A DNA stretch of 64,000 nt from Okamejei kenojei (Eukaryota), in the NCBI GenBank assembly GCA_035221665.1, contig CM069135.1, forward strand, positions 68,696,001 through 68,760,000, read 5' to 3'. This document shows positions 25,938 to 38,778 of the stretch, piece by piece. The notes beneath the pieces are model-generated. The model had not been told where the DNA came from. It searched no databases and saw nothing but the letters and a program-made list of their open reading frames with translations. The position numbers and the translations under genes were made by a program. Every line of letters starts with the position of its first letter. Position 1 is the first letter of the stretch.

Positions 25938-26520
25938 AGTTGTAGGATGGTTACAACCCTTAAAGAGGCTACGCGGGAGAGGATAGTAGAATATCAACAG
26001 AAGTCAAATTTATTGCAAATCGGAGGCTTGGAACATCAAAGAGTAGTTCACTCAAACCAAGGGGGGGGGGAAGGGGGGGGGTGGGGGGCCCCTTCTAATG
26101 GAAGATTAATCTGTATGTCACCGGTACATTTCTACCAATCACTTGCAGAATTCCTTATCGATAACCCCCATCACTTGCAAAATTTCCTAAGCATAACCAA
26201 TTAAATTGATTACTATTCCACTTCCAGTAATTTTCCATTCGTAATCCCTTATTTAAAAAATGACTTAATCTTGGGCCCTTATTTAATTGCTAGGCCTTGA
26301 TAAGTTACAAAGGTATATAAATGCACAATGATTTACGCTAAGTGTTAACCTAGCCACAAACCCCAATGTTTATTCTGTCTTAGGTCGTTATCTTTTAGTC
26401 ATCTTGTATAGGGGTGTTAAAGTTACATAGGTTAACTTTGTTACACCCTAGATACATTTAGTATTCTCATAGTATTACCAAACCCAGAATATCAAATCTA
26501 ACCTAGTACTCCTATATATT
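25938..26520 (-). mobile_element. ERV 3' LTR (degraded or error-rich copy of the LTR at 42140-45132)
   Basis: Colinear homology with 42140-42603 plus 44942 onward (e.g. atttacgctaagtgttaacctagc). Purine tract gcaagggggaa on the minus strand at ~26519-26529, as expected for a PPT. Confidence 0.75.
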
Positions 26521-26859
26521 CCCCCTTGCGCCTAATCGGTCCCACAGAAAATCCACCCAGTCACTGTCTGTTACCGAAATCAAATCGAATAACCAAAATA
26601 AGGTTCTATATTTTAATGAACGCCTCATGTGTTCTTTAATCTGGAATCTGGGTAAACTGGTGCCAAAACGCACCTTTTGTGGGGAGGGATATTAGGTCTT
26701 CCCCCCCTCTTCTGGTGAATGTTATGTATTAACATTCTGTTTCTTTCTGAGTGCGTGGAAAGGATCAAGGGGTTATGGGATCTGTAACCGATTGGCATGC
26801 GGTGCCGGGTGACTCATCGGAGCTTACTAAGAATCTCCAGAATTTCTCTTCTCTCTCTT

Positions 26860-28483
26860 GGTGGAAGGTTTAAAGGTTTTTATGTTTTTGGGTGGTTTGG
26901 TTAAGAAGAGACTATAGATTGGGTGTTGGCATGTATGGTAAATTGCGTGGAAATGTGCAAAAAGTTTGATGTTATGCGCAGAGGTTGGGTGTGAGTGGGG
27001 GGCGAAACAGGGAGAATGTGCTAATTTATCAGGCCATGATCAGATTTCTCTTGGTACTAGGGTGTTTTGATAATGGGTCTGGTCTAAAAACTTTGCTAGG
27101 CTAGATGTGATAGTCAGGAAAAGGCTATGAGGCAAAGCGGTGGATAGCTTTCAGAACTTCCCAGACCTGCCTGATTGTTGAACTTTTGAGCCAAAGAACA
27201 TGCCCCTTATGGTTATGGACATTACTAGGGTTACATTAGGGGAATAAAACTTGTGGGTTGTAATGATATTCCAAAGGTTGTTGGTTGCAAGAGGTTGATG
27301 ATGGTACACAAATATAAACATGATTTGTCATTATAAATCAGTGGGCAGGAAGCTGGGTTTGGATCAAGGGGGTATTTTAGAGCATACAATATGTTATTTG
27401 TGCTATGGGTATTCTTCCTGAATGTTTATTGAACTTGCATTTCTACAGGAAAGTTAAGTGCGAGGGACTCAAGAATAGGGATTATCTTAATTCATTCAGT
27501 GAGCAGCATTTGCGCTTGTTTTTTACCAATTGGATCTAAAGATCCAGTTTTAGTGGGAAAGCTGGGTTTGGTATGTCTGTGGAGCAGCTTGGTCGACGAT
27601 TTGGCCGAGCGTTTGATGGAAGCTTGTTCTAAGTCACTTAATGCAAAATTCCACATGGGCCATATGGAGTTGTCATTGGAGGGAAGCCATGTTTTAGAGA
27701 AGTAATTATTGTTTTGATATATGCAGCTGCTCTTGACACTTTAAAGAGGGACATCTAACGACGGCTGACATTCTAAAATGAATTTGAGTGGTTTTCTAGT
27801 ATTGAAAATTCTAGTGAACATGAATATTGCAGTGGTTAAATCGGACTAGTGTAGTCACATCAAATTTGTTGGGTTCCTGGGCATGCTGGGATAGAGGGGA
27901 GAAGAGCCGTTGGGACATCATAGCACTGTGGCGGTTTCAGATATCAAATAGATCCATGTTGTATACCTAGGGGAGAGTGGAATGGCTAGACATATAAAAT
28001 CACGAGGGTTAACAACGCATGGCCGAATCGGAGGGGAAAAGGAATCGGGGACGACCTACATTTGTCCAAGTGACGTTACGAAAATATGTTTCTGTACATC
28101 TTAGTTCCATAGGGAACTCGTTCAGGACTGTTGTTGTAGATTGAGGTTGGGACATTGTGGGTTAAATTACTGTTTGTGCATTGTAGGGAACATGTTTCTG
28201 GTTGGTGTGAATGTGGGAGCTCCGGAGACAGTTACGATGTTTCTAACATGTAAAAGTATAGGGTACAGAAGCAAGGGCATTGTTTGCTAGACTGAGGATT
28301 GGAGTTGGAGGCTTTTTCTGTTATTTTTTGAAAAGGAACAGTGAGAAATCCAGTGATATAGGGCTGTTTTTTTCAATTCCTGCATTGTTACGGACTGTAT
28401 GTCAGAATTTAGATCAAATTGGATGTGGAGGGCAGTATACGCTTAGCAGCATATTTAACTGCCGGACTCCTTTAAGAAGAAGA
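26860..28483 (+). mobile_element. I-group (Nimb-like) LINE 3' fragment with RNase H
   Basis: RNase H motifs GSKDP (27532-27546) and WVPGHAG (27870-27890). C-terminal CRLRLGHCG (28135-28161) followed by CECG. (AAG)n tail. Duplicated target agaat(t)tctct(t)ctctctt at ~26839-26859 and 28481-28497. The empty site is visible in the Gypsy 3' LTR at ~34026-34041. Confidence 0.75.
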
Positions 28484-29099
28484 ATTCTCTCTCTCTTCCG
28501 TCGATGGACGTGGATGAGGAAGTGGTTGAGTGCAGGAGAACCTGGCAACTGGCTCAGACATATGTGTATTATTACTAAATTTGTAATTAATATTGATAGG
28601 GGACAGTTAAGGTTGACTGATGGTATATTGTGTCATTTGCATAGGGTTCTTACCCTTTCCTTCATTAAATTCCAAACTTTAAGTCATTGCCGATAAAAGT
28701 GCCACTTAGGAGGTTAGAGGACTTAGTCTCGAGGGCCATTGCGAGGTGGCATGGAGCACTGTTGTCCTTTGTTTATTAGTTAATATTGTTCCTTGTCTGG
28801 GTTGTTGATCAGGTTAGAGTTTATTATTAAAAAGATATTTTCTTGAACATGAGCCATGTTTTTGACTTGTTACGGGCTCTGAAGTACTGCATTGGGAGTC
28901 CTAACCAAAATGGGGGCTCGTCTTAAGCTTTGAGGGACCAAGACAGTTTTGGGTTTTTTTTTTTGATAGGCTTTGGTGCAAGTTGTGTTATGAGGTGACT
29001 GAGGACTTCTGTGTTGGTGAGGAGATTTGTTTTTTTTTCTTCGTTGTGGTGACCATTGAGTGCAGGGTTAGGTGGTGGTTGATTCCTCATTTGAAATGG

Positions 29100-29232
29100 A
29101 GTATTTTTATTTTTTTTTTATTTAACACCAAAACACAAATTACTTTCACAAAAAAACAAAAAACCACACCCCACCACCCACCAAATCCACAACACAAACA
29201 ACAAAAAACACAACAAAAAAAACAAAAAAACA

Positions 29233-29271
<39 letters not shown>

Positions 29272-29275
29272 AAAT
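29100..29275. repeat. A/AC-rich low-complexity tract
   Basis: Long A runs interspersed with C. It is the source of the poly-Lys and poly-Phe pseudo-ORFs. Confidence 0.85.
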
Positions 29276-30754
29276 AAAGTTAAGGAATTTTAAGAGGCTC
29301 TTGTCGGGAGTTTGATAAATGTACCAAGGCGCCATTGGTGTATGAACTGAGATGACAAAACGGTTTGCACTTGATACGCAATTAGCCTTCAAGAGGCTAT
29401 AGATGTGTTGGTTGCGTTGGTGAGGGTGGGGCTATTGCTGCTGGTGCCAGACAGTCATCTATCTTTACAAAAGCCTAGTCAGGAACATGGGGGACATTCG
29501 ATTGAAGGAGTTAGAGCATGAAATGAAAACGGAGGAGAGGGCCTTAGAGCGAAAGTAGAGCAATTTGGCTTCATAGGAAAGGTAGGAGAGGCCTTCCCGG
29601 AAAAGCTCATGGTAATCAAAGCTTGAAATGGAACAAAGGAGGAGAGGGGCTTAAAGAGAAAGAGCTTGTGTCCATAGCGCTTGCAAGGGAAAAAGAGGAG
29701 AGGGCGTTAAAGAGAGAACGGGCTCATGTTGAAATTGGCGGCAGGCGAAGGAATGAATGTTCCCGAGTTTTTTTTGGGAACGGTGAGGTGTTAAGGGCGG
29801 TGTGGATAGTAGATGAGTGTGTGGTTGACTCATAAAAACCCAGGAGTTTGTTGGGATCCTTAGATTTGGTGCACGGCGTTTCAGTATGTGGTGTCACTGG
29901 TGGCCGTCCGAAAGTGTTTCTTGTGCTGAAAGGTCAGTCTTCACAACAGGGGGAGGCAGAGTGCTAAGGTTGACGGCGATTTAGACTAGGCCAATGCTGT
30001 GTGTTACTATTGAAAGGGAGGGGCACATATTAAAGTGTTTTTGTCCGTCCTGCAAGGAAAAAATGCCAAAGCCTGTGGATAGGTGGGTCCCACAAAGAGC
30101 CTGAGATGATCTGGGATTGCTGGTTGATGAGTGTAGGAATTATTCTGCGTTAGCCGAAGGTAGTGTTTTCCTAGAGGAGGGGGTATGAGAGTTCCAGTCT
30201 CCAGTTGACATGATACTGGTGCTATCCGTCTCACTTGTATAGAAGTACTAGGTATTCTGGGGAGTCTTCGGTTGGGAGTGTCTGAGGGTAGATTCCTTGT
30301 TGGGTTACTGAAATATACTTAGCACCGAGCGTCTCTGTATTGAGTTGGTTTCAGGGGGGTAATTGATGGGTTACGCAGTTTTCCCGTTGGGGCGTTTCTT
30401 GTGTTTTGGGGAAGAGATTGCCAGGAGGTAGATAGAATTTTAATTACTTGAGGTGAGGCTGTTTCGATGTTGCGGAGTGCTGATGTCTTGGCTATGCAGC
30501 ATCGACGGTGTTCACAGCTTGTGCTGTCCACGAGGGGATGGCTCGAGCAGGCAAGTTTGAAGATGTAGTGGACTGAGTGAAGAGATTTTGGGGGTCAGGT
30601 TGATGGATTAGTGTTGTGAAGGGTTGTTTCTAATCTCTCGATGGGGTCCTGTCTGAAATGTGTCGCTTTTATGTACCGGCTGGTAGAGGCTAAACGAGAG
30701 GCTAGGTTTATGGAAAAAATAGTTGGACTGAAGGTACTTGCGGGGGATTGGATT

Positions 30755-32086
30755 CATAGAACATAGAAACATAGAAATTAGGTGCGGAGTAGGCCATTCA
30801 GCCTTCCGAGCCCTGCACCGATTCAATATGATCATGGCTTATCATCCAACTCAGTACTCCGTACCGCCTTCTTCATACCTCTGATCCCTTAGCACACAAG
30901 GGCCACAACCAACTCACTCTTAAATATTAGCAATGAACTGGCTTCACTAACCCTTGGGCAGGAGAGATCCCGAGACTCACCATCCTGAGTGAAAACGTCT
31001 TTCTCATCTCGGTATAAAGGATTTCCCCTTTTCTAAGCTGGTGATCCCCTTGTCTGGACGTCCCCTACATGGGGAACAATCTTCCGGCTTTAGACTAGTC
31101 CAACTTAAGTCTATTGTTAGTTTCTATAGGATCCCCTCTAATTCCTAAACTTCCAGAGAGTATAACGAGTCAATCCAGTCTTTCTGTCATAAGACCCAGT
31201 CTGACTCCCAGGAAATCAGTCTGGAGAACTCTAGCAACTCCTTATTGCACTACAGTCTTCTTCAGATTTGGCGACCAACACTGTAGCACTACTCAGAGTG
31301 TGGTTCCCCCAAAGGACCCTGTACCAATGCAGAGCACACTGCTCTGTACTCAAAATCCTTTTGCGATGAAAGCTAACATACCATTCGCTTTTTTCAACTG
31401 CCTGCTGCACCTGCATGCCTGCTTCAATGACTGGGTACCATGACACCCAGGTCTCGCTGCATCTCCCCTTTTCCCTAATCGCCACCATTTAAATAATAGT
31501 CTGCTTTCCTGTTTTTACCACCAAAGTGGATAACCTCACATTTATCCACATTATACTGCAAAAAAATTAAAAAAAATTCATCTGCCAAACATTTGCCCAT
31601 CACCCAGCCTATCCAAGTCACATTGCAGTCTCCTAGCATCCTCCTCACAGGAACACTGCCCCCCAGCTTAGTGTCATCCGCAAACTTGGAGATATTGCAA
31701 CCTTCAATTCCCTCATCCAGATCATTAATAATATTGTAAAATAGCTGGGGTCCCCAGCACTGAGCCCTTGCGTACCCCCACTAGTTACTGCCTGCCATTT
31801 GTGAAAAAGGACCCGTTTACCTCCTACTCTTTTGCTTCCTGTTTGCCAGCCAGTTTCTCTATCCACATCAATACTGAACCCCTAATACCGTATGCTTTAA
31901 GTTTGTATACTAATCTCTTATGTGGGACCTTGTCGAAAGCCTTCTGGAAGTCCAGATATACCACATCCACTGGTGCTCCCTTATCCACGCTACTAGTTAC
32001 ATCCTCGAAAAATTCCACAAGATTCGTCAGACATGATTTACCTTTTGTAAATCCATGCTGACTTTGTCCAATGATTTCACCACTTT
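30755..32086 (-). mobile_element. CR1 LINE, 5'-truncated, inserted in the Gypsy internal region
   Basis: [36 protein letters not shown]. Tail (tttctatg)n seen as catagaaacatagaaa at 30755-30778. Confidence 0.9.
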
Positions 32087-34439
32087 TCACAGCAAATTCC
32101 ACAGCAAAGGTGTATTTTCTGAGGAATGGCTTGCTGATGCGAAAGTGGTCTCCCTTGGTTATGTCAGGGCATGATGATTGGAGCGTGGTTGATCAGATTG
32201 TGATACCTCATCGGTATAGGGACGAGATACTCTGTTTGGCTCATGATGGACCTCTGGGTGGACATTTGGGGGTCAATAAGACGTATGACCGTATCTTACG
32301 GAATTATTTTTGTACAGGGTTGAAAAAAGACATGAAGCAGCACTACAGGTTTATTGTCACATTGCCAGGTGGGGCAGGACAACTGAACCCAATATCATTG
32401 TTCCTGTGAGCCCGATTTATATCCAATCCCTGTTGTCGGGGAGCCGTTTGAACGGATTCTAGTTGATTGTGTGGGTTCTACCTCGGACGAGGGTGGGCAA
32501 CAAGTTTTTATTGACAATTATGTGTGCGTCTACCCGCTTTCCGGAGGTGGTCCCTTTGCGTAACATTACTGCCCCTCCCATTGTGAAGTCTCTCTTAAGT
32601 TTTTTTCATGGTTCGGTTTGTCCAAGGTGGTGCAGAGTGACCAAGGTTCCAACTTCATGTCAAAGGTTTTTGGTCAGCTAATGAAGTTGTTGGATATTGA
32701 GCATTGTTATCTTTACACCATTGTTATCATAACAACCTTGTTAGCCAGGGAGCTCTCGAGCGGTTTCACCAGACTTTGATTTCCATGTTGAGGACTATAC
32801 TGCCGGAGTTTGACAAGAGACTGGGATGAGGGGGTTCATCTCGTTATGTTTGCGGGTGCGTGAGGTCGTGCAGGAGTCTTTAAGGGTTTCAGTCCCTGCT
32901 GACCTGTGTTTCGCGCATACTGTTTGTGGTCCGTTGAGGGTCCTGAAGGAGAAATGGTTTGCAGGAAATCAAAAAAACGTAGTATTTTAGACCACATCTG
33001 TACTTTTAGGTCTAGACTGTTGAGGGCATGCAACTGGCAATGGATAACCAATGCTTCTGCTCAGTTCTAGGATGAAATGGCTGGTTCGACAGAAGGCTCT
33101 AGTAGGAATTTTTCTCCAGATGACAAAGTCATTCCTGGTTCCAGTCTGCAGGCACTCGTTATAGTGGAGTCCCTATCAGGTGGTTAAGAAGGTTGGTGCA
33201 AGGGATTACGTTATTGGTAACCCTGATCGGAGGCGTAAGACTCAGCTCTGTCAAATCCATCAACATGCTGAAGCAGTACTCATGATCAGACATGTACGAT
33301 GTTGATGGGGAGGAGCATGTCCTTCGGTTTTGTCTAAGCCGGTTTTGGCTGAGTAGTAGACTGCCCCCTGACACCTGGTGGTGATGTGGGAGAGGCGGAA
33401 TGTTCTGTGGCAGTGACGCAGGGAAAGCTGTACAACTTTGAAGATTTGAAGTCACTTCCCCTTGCAGTTGTCTCATTTGTCTGAAAGTCAGCTGGATGAT
33501 CTGCTATGCTTTGGTGGGTCAAATGGGTCACTGTTCTCGTATGTGCTTTCTCAGACACCTAAGGCTGCAATGGAATTTTGCTGAACCTAGTTGTAGTCCG
33601 TGGAGTTCTCCGGGTCTACTGCTACGAAGGCTAATGGGGAGGACAGGTTTTTGCATCGACTTTCGGAAGGTGAATGGTGTAACTAAGCCTGATTGCTATC
33701 CTCCTTCCATGATGGATGATTGCGGTGATCATGTGGGAAGTGCATCTTTTGTGTCTAAGTTGGACTCGATAAAAGGGTATAGGCAAGTTCCTTTGTCACT
33801 GAATAGTTTCTTCCGAAGCTTATTCAGTATTTTTGGGTGGGGGTGTTGGGTACTTTCCCCCCCCCCCCCCCCACTGGTGAATGCTATGTACTTCATCTTT
33901 CTGTTTCTCTCCTGAGTGCAGGCCCCGTGGCTGGGAGTCAGGAATTGAGGGGTTAAGGGCTCCTGTACCCGATTGGCCAAACTGCGTCAGGTGACTGGTG
34001 ACTCATCGGAAGCTTAAATCTCCCAAAATTCTCTCTCTCTTCGTCGACCCTGGCTCGTGCGCAGGTTGCTGGTTTGAGCTGCAGGAGGCCTGGCCACATG
34101 GCGTAGAACTTTGTATTATTACCTACATTTGTTAATTAATATTGAATTGGGACAGATAAGGGCTGACCTGAGGGTTTTCGTGTATTTTGTTTCAGGGTTA
34201 TTTCCATTTAGGTAGGTTAGAGACTCTAGTTCGACGGCCCATTGCGAGGCTGGCTGGAGCACTGTTATCTTTGTTTATTAGTTTATTCTTGTCCTTGTCT
34301 GGGTTGTTTGAATCGGGTTTGAGTTTTAATTAAATAAAAGTATTTTCTTGAACTTGAGGCCTGGTTTTTGACTATGTTACGCAGCTCTGAAGTACCTGCA
34401 TTCGGGAGTCGTAACATGGGGAAAGAAAGACCCAGCTAT

Positions 34440-34865
34440 CCTTACAGACTATTGTTCAATATTCCTCTGGTGTGTTTTGCACATCATCGTGGTATTCTAT
34501 CAGCGGGATCTGCTTTTTTAGGAGACCAGATTTGCCTTTTTCCTGGAGCAACAAAAGCTGTTTTGCAGTGGCACTTACTAGGAGAAACTTAATACAGGGT
34601 AAAACACTACATAGCTCAACAGTAACCACCAGCAGCGCAGCTCCAATAGTCACCCCCAACTTAGCCAACCATGCTCCCCAACCTCCTACATATTTTCTAG
34701 CCAATCAAAGAATTGATGTCCAAAACCCACATTCTGCTTAAGCTCTTTTCTCAGATTCTTAAACTTATCCATTGCTTTAGTGAAAGACCCCTCCAGGCTT
34801 GTGTTGTTAGGTACGAAGGTGCAGCAGTGTTCCCCAAACAGGACACACATACCCCCTTTTTCTGA
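34440..34865 (-). pseudogene. Retroviral env TM subunit remnant (gamma-type)
   Basis: EKGGMCVLFGEHCC (end of the immunosuppressive domain plus CX6CC), sequon NNTS and a heptad region. After a frameshift comes a hydrophobic anchor WLAKLGVTIGAALLVVTVELCSVLPC. Confidence 0.85.
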
Positions 34866-35019
34866 ACTCATTTACAACAGCCTCAGAGTCACTAGTGTCT
34901 CCAAAAACCTCACTTACTATCTGGTTAAAGCTCTGCTCTCCCCTTGCGTCTTTGTCGTCCTGTTCACTTACCTCAGGGTTATTATCGAGCCGTAACATAA
35001 CCGCTCGCAGATCATGTAC

Positions 35020-36312
35020 CAGTCTCCACTTTTTCAGCTGGTTCTCCAGATAGGCTGCTGGATTCTCTGCCTCCCCCAGCGGATCTCCCCTTAATGCCTT
35101 GGGGTCCACCTTAAGTGGGTAACAGCATCTGAGGGCCTGCCATACCCACTGTCTGACTGGGTCAAATGGCTTGTCATTGACCATTGTGTTAAACACTGCA
35201 TTTTTTTTATACCAGCCATCTTCAGGAGTTCTGTCAGTTTAGTGGTTCCTATCACTTTCACCCACAGTGCCTTCAAATCTACCATAACCAACAACTGTCC
35301 TGTGTTCTCCTCCTCAAGGGCCCTAATCCATTTTCCTGCCCCATCATGAATATTGGGCACGGTATTTTTAGCCCTTCCAGGCCCTGGGTCCCCCAAGGGA
35401 TATACTGTGTCTGTCCCATTCTTTTTAAAAGCAACAGCATCATTTATCCCTCCGTTCCTGTTCCTCTTCTTCTACCTGTATGTCTTCCCATTCCAATCCT
35501 TCTTGGAGTGCCTTTATCATTCTAATCTTTATTTCTTGCTTCTCAGATATTCTAGACTTCCTTTGTGATTCCTTCAGCTTTCTTTTAAAATCTTCCAGTA
35601 AATCCTCAACCCTAGTTTCCCTTGCATCACCCCCTATTGCTACCCGATTCTGTTTCCTCCTCACTACCTTGCCCTCCTTTCAGTGAACACTTGTCCATCA
35701 GTTTCCAGTCCTGTCTATCACTTTCCTCGATCCCCCCTTCTGCTGAATAGGATGCCTCAAAATCCCTCTGGTTCCTCAGGTCCTGCAGCCTCCTGCTATC
35801 CACTTCTAATTCCCTTATTTCTTTCTCAACATCCCAACTTGCAACCTCTCATTCTATCTCCACTAATCCCTTTACTTAGGGACACTGCTTGTATCGTCCG
35901 GGCCTGGATAGGGATGGGGATGCCCAGGGTGTCTCAAGCTTGGAAAAAAGATCGACTTTTTCCCTTGGAGTTCCTGGCTTTCATGCTGCATTTCAGTTCT
36001 CGCACGCTCTTCCTTTGTCATATTTTCCACCTGGTATATTTTCCTCAACCTCTCTCCTTCGCTCTAAACGGCTTAAGTATGTCTAACTCCTTTTCTCTCT
36101 TCTTTTTTAGTGTTTCCAACTTACCTTTGGACCTATAATTCTTAATTAACACTTCCATCTCGTCACACATATTTATATCAAAAGTGCTTTCCTTGGGCCA
36201 CTTCGTCATCAGTTTTTCTGTTATTTTTCCCCATTTCTCAGTGTTTCATAATGTCCTCTTTAAATACAGGGAACTTTTTACTTAGTAGTTCAACTGCAGT
36301 TGCCTTACTCAT
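35020..36312 (-). pseudogene. Degraded gag-like gene (second unit)
   Basis: ATG at 36312 (MSKATAVELLSKKFP...KWPKESTFD...), a charged coiled-coil segment, then capsid-like helical pieces PNIHDGAGKWIRALEEE and WQALRCCYPLKVDPKALRGDPLGEAENPAAYL. It lies downstream of a PBS-like site. Confidence 0.65.
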
Positions 36313-36591
36313 TGTATTATCTTGTTCAGTGCACTTTATCAATCAGTCCAGTCATAGTTCTTATTCCTTCCCGTTCCTGTAGTTACTATACTATCCTATA
36401 CACTGTCTGTTTGTAAGAATTTCAGCAGGGAACCAGATCAACCTACTACGAAGGACCTCAGTGTTCCCGGGAGCTTCTTCGGGGGGTCAGTCTCAAAGGG
36501 TCTGACTAGTGCACTTTTCTCCCCCCATCCGATCACGGTGAACCCGCAGCCACTTACTCAGTTGTTGGTTGATGGTCCCAGCGAAATCACA

Positions 36592-37452
36592 GCTGGCTTG
36601 CCAAATGATAATGTTTGCATCTTAAAAAACAGACAAAATACAACAAATTAAAGAAAACCACACAAGCTGTTACTTTTTACGTCAAATGAGGGTGGCCGGA
36701 TATGTTACAGTCCAGAAGAATCCAGTGATAGTTTTCAACCAGAAAGCTTGTCTGAAAAAGCCATAAAAAAAGACATAAAATCTGGTTGTGTTCCAGCTAG
36801 CAATGCAATAGCAATTAAATTATTTCCAATTGTTCTAAAAAAAAATACAAAAATCACAATCTCCCCCCCAATATTCACAATTTCAAATTCTAGCTAGTAT
36901 AAATACATACTAATAGCAATTTCCCAAATTAACACTTTTTAAAAAAATATTAGCTTATCCATCTCATCTAACACATGGCCAGTGTGGCATCCGTCTCCTT
37001 TTGAACTCAATTCAAAAGATAAATAGGAAGAAAACAAACTTAAAATATCACTAAACAAAGCAATCTACATTTTTTCCATCTTTCTTCTGTTGAAAGTTAA
37101 GAGAAAATAAAGAATGAACAGTTAATTTTCATAGATTGCTAACACATTTGCAAAGAACAAAGGAGCAGAAAATAGCTGTGTATGGCTCCGCCCCCAAACA
37201 AATGCAGTTTCTTAAAGAGACACACACTACATCTTAAAACACATGAGGATCTACAAAGATTTATCACGTAAAAGAGCAAGCTCATTCAATTATATCCTAT
37301 TTCATCTGAAGTGTAGGATTAAATCAGCATTCATCCGAAAACCGGTTCCACAAACAAATAACAGTCATCTCATTCTCACTTCAAATAAAGCATGTAACTC
37401 TTAATACTTTGATACACCCAAATACATTCATACATTGTTCATAAATTCAACA
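36592..37452 (-). mobile_element. Possible second LTR (36606-37452) with tRNA-Arg-like PBS (36592-36603)
   Basis: Minus strand ...atCA tt TGGCAAGCCAGC (11/12 match to the tRNA-Arg 3' complement TGGCGAGCCAGC), followed by splice donor gaGTAAGT at ~36555. The segment is bounded by TG...CA. No partner copy was found. Confidence 0.45.
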
Positions 37453-37699
37453 CATACTGAAGAACAGTCATGATCCAAAACACACATTTAGACATTCCTA
37501 TATCCCTCTCGACCCTCTCTCTCCCTCTTAGACACTGCTCAAAGTTTTTCAATTGTAAGCTACATTCCCCCATTCCCTTTCATACTCTTTCCCACATACA
37601 AAAAAACAAATTTTATCCGAGAGCAGTGCTGCCAGAGCCCTCGTCAAAGCATCATGGTGGAGCCCCTTTGTTTTCATAGTTATTTTTCCATATACAAAG

Positions 37700-38740
37700 G
37701 TGTCTCTTTGTAATTTCTAAACATTCCTGTCTGACAAGATTGTTTTGTTTACTAGAATCTTTGGTTCTGTGGGGACCAGTATCAAGAAATTTGCAATCTG
37801 CCTTGCAGGCAGTAATTGTTTAGCTACGGCAATCCTTTCCCTCTTGGAGACTGCTTTGTCGGGGCCCACTCATATCGGATTGCACTTAATAATGGCCAGG
37901 TGGAGTAACAAGACTGAGCCTGCAGTGTGGCTATCGTTTCTTTAGTTGTGAAAGTCTTTTGTTGGAATGAAGAGTCAAGATGAGACGATTTCAATCTGCT
38001 AGGAAAGGGCGAGCATAATTCCACAGTGGATGGTCCAATTTTCCTGTCAGCCAGGATCCAGGGCGTTGTGAATTGGACATTGACCAGAATGTGATTAGTT
38101 AAAACTCCCCTGTCTTTCAGGTCTTGCACATACCCATCAATGCTCCACAAATAAAGACAACACACTCTCCTCTTTGTTTGTTAAAAGAAGGAACTCGCAG
38201 ATGCTGGAGAATCGAGGTACAACAAAAAGCTGGAGAAACTCAGGCGGGTGCAGCAGCAACTAAGAGCGAAGGAGATCGCGACGTTTCCGGGTCGAGAACC
38301 CTTCTTCAACTGAAGAAGGGTCTCGACTCGAAACGTCGCCTATCTCCATTCGCTCCTTAATGCTGCTGCACCCGCTGAGCTTACTCCAGCTTTTGAGTAC
38401 CCCTCTCCTCTTTGTTACACTTCAGCAGAAAGCTATTCAAATTTGAAGGCAAGTTTGTTTTAAAACAAAAAAAGTGACAGGCTGCTGGCTGGGATTTAAA
38501 TATCTTGAGCAGCCTCGAATTCTCATGCTATTTTTCCCTTCTTTATTTTTTGTTGTGTTTGTTTTTTCTTCTGGTGGCTCTGTTGTATAACCTCCTCACT
38601 CTGCTGAATTCAATACTGCTCTTCCCTCTTCTGCCCTCAGCACTTTCCCTCTTTCTCATCTCCTTTCCATTTTTTCCCCAAGTCGCTATCAGTATCATTT
38701 TTGTTTGGGGTTCCCTTCACTGTAGGGCTGGAGCTTTCCC

Positions 38741-38778
<38 letters not shown>

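Larger units (their letters stand above)
26569..34416 (+). mobile_element. Gypsy LTR retrotransposon, Gmr1-like (integrase upstream of RT), degraded and internally deleted
   Basis: 5' LTR ~26569-28907 (split by a LINE) and 3' LTR ~33830-34416, with termini TGTTAC...GTAACA. tRNA-Pro PBS tgggggctcgtc at 28911-28922. Integrase Zn finger (AHDGPLGGHLGVNKTYDRI) and core (TRFPEVVPL, QSDQGSNF) at 32100-32800 precede RT motifs (SPWSSP, FCIDFRKVN, SKLDSIKGYRQVPL) at 33590-33800. Confidence 0.85.

Noticed and set aside
25938-26569. TSDs for the ERV and the Gypsy element, and LTR-divergence dating
   Set aside because: The flanks do not match. This segment has many short indels suggesting low-quality consensus, so neither TSD nor age can be read.
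28983-29392. Poly-Lys and poly-Phe ORFs
   Set aside because: A-rich tract in an error-prone part of the assembly.
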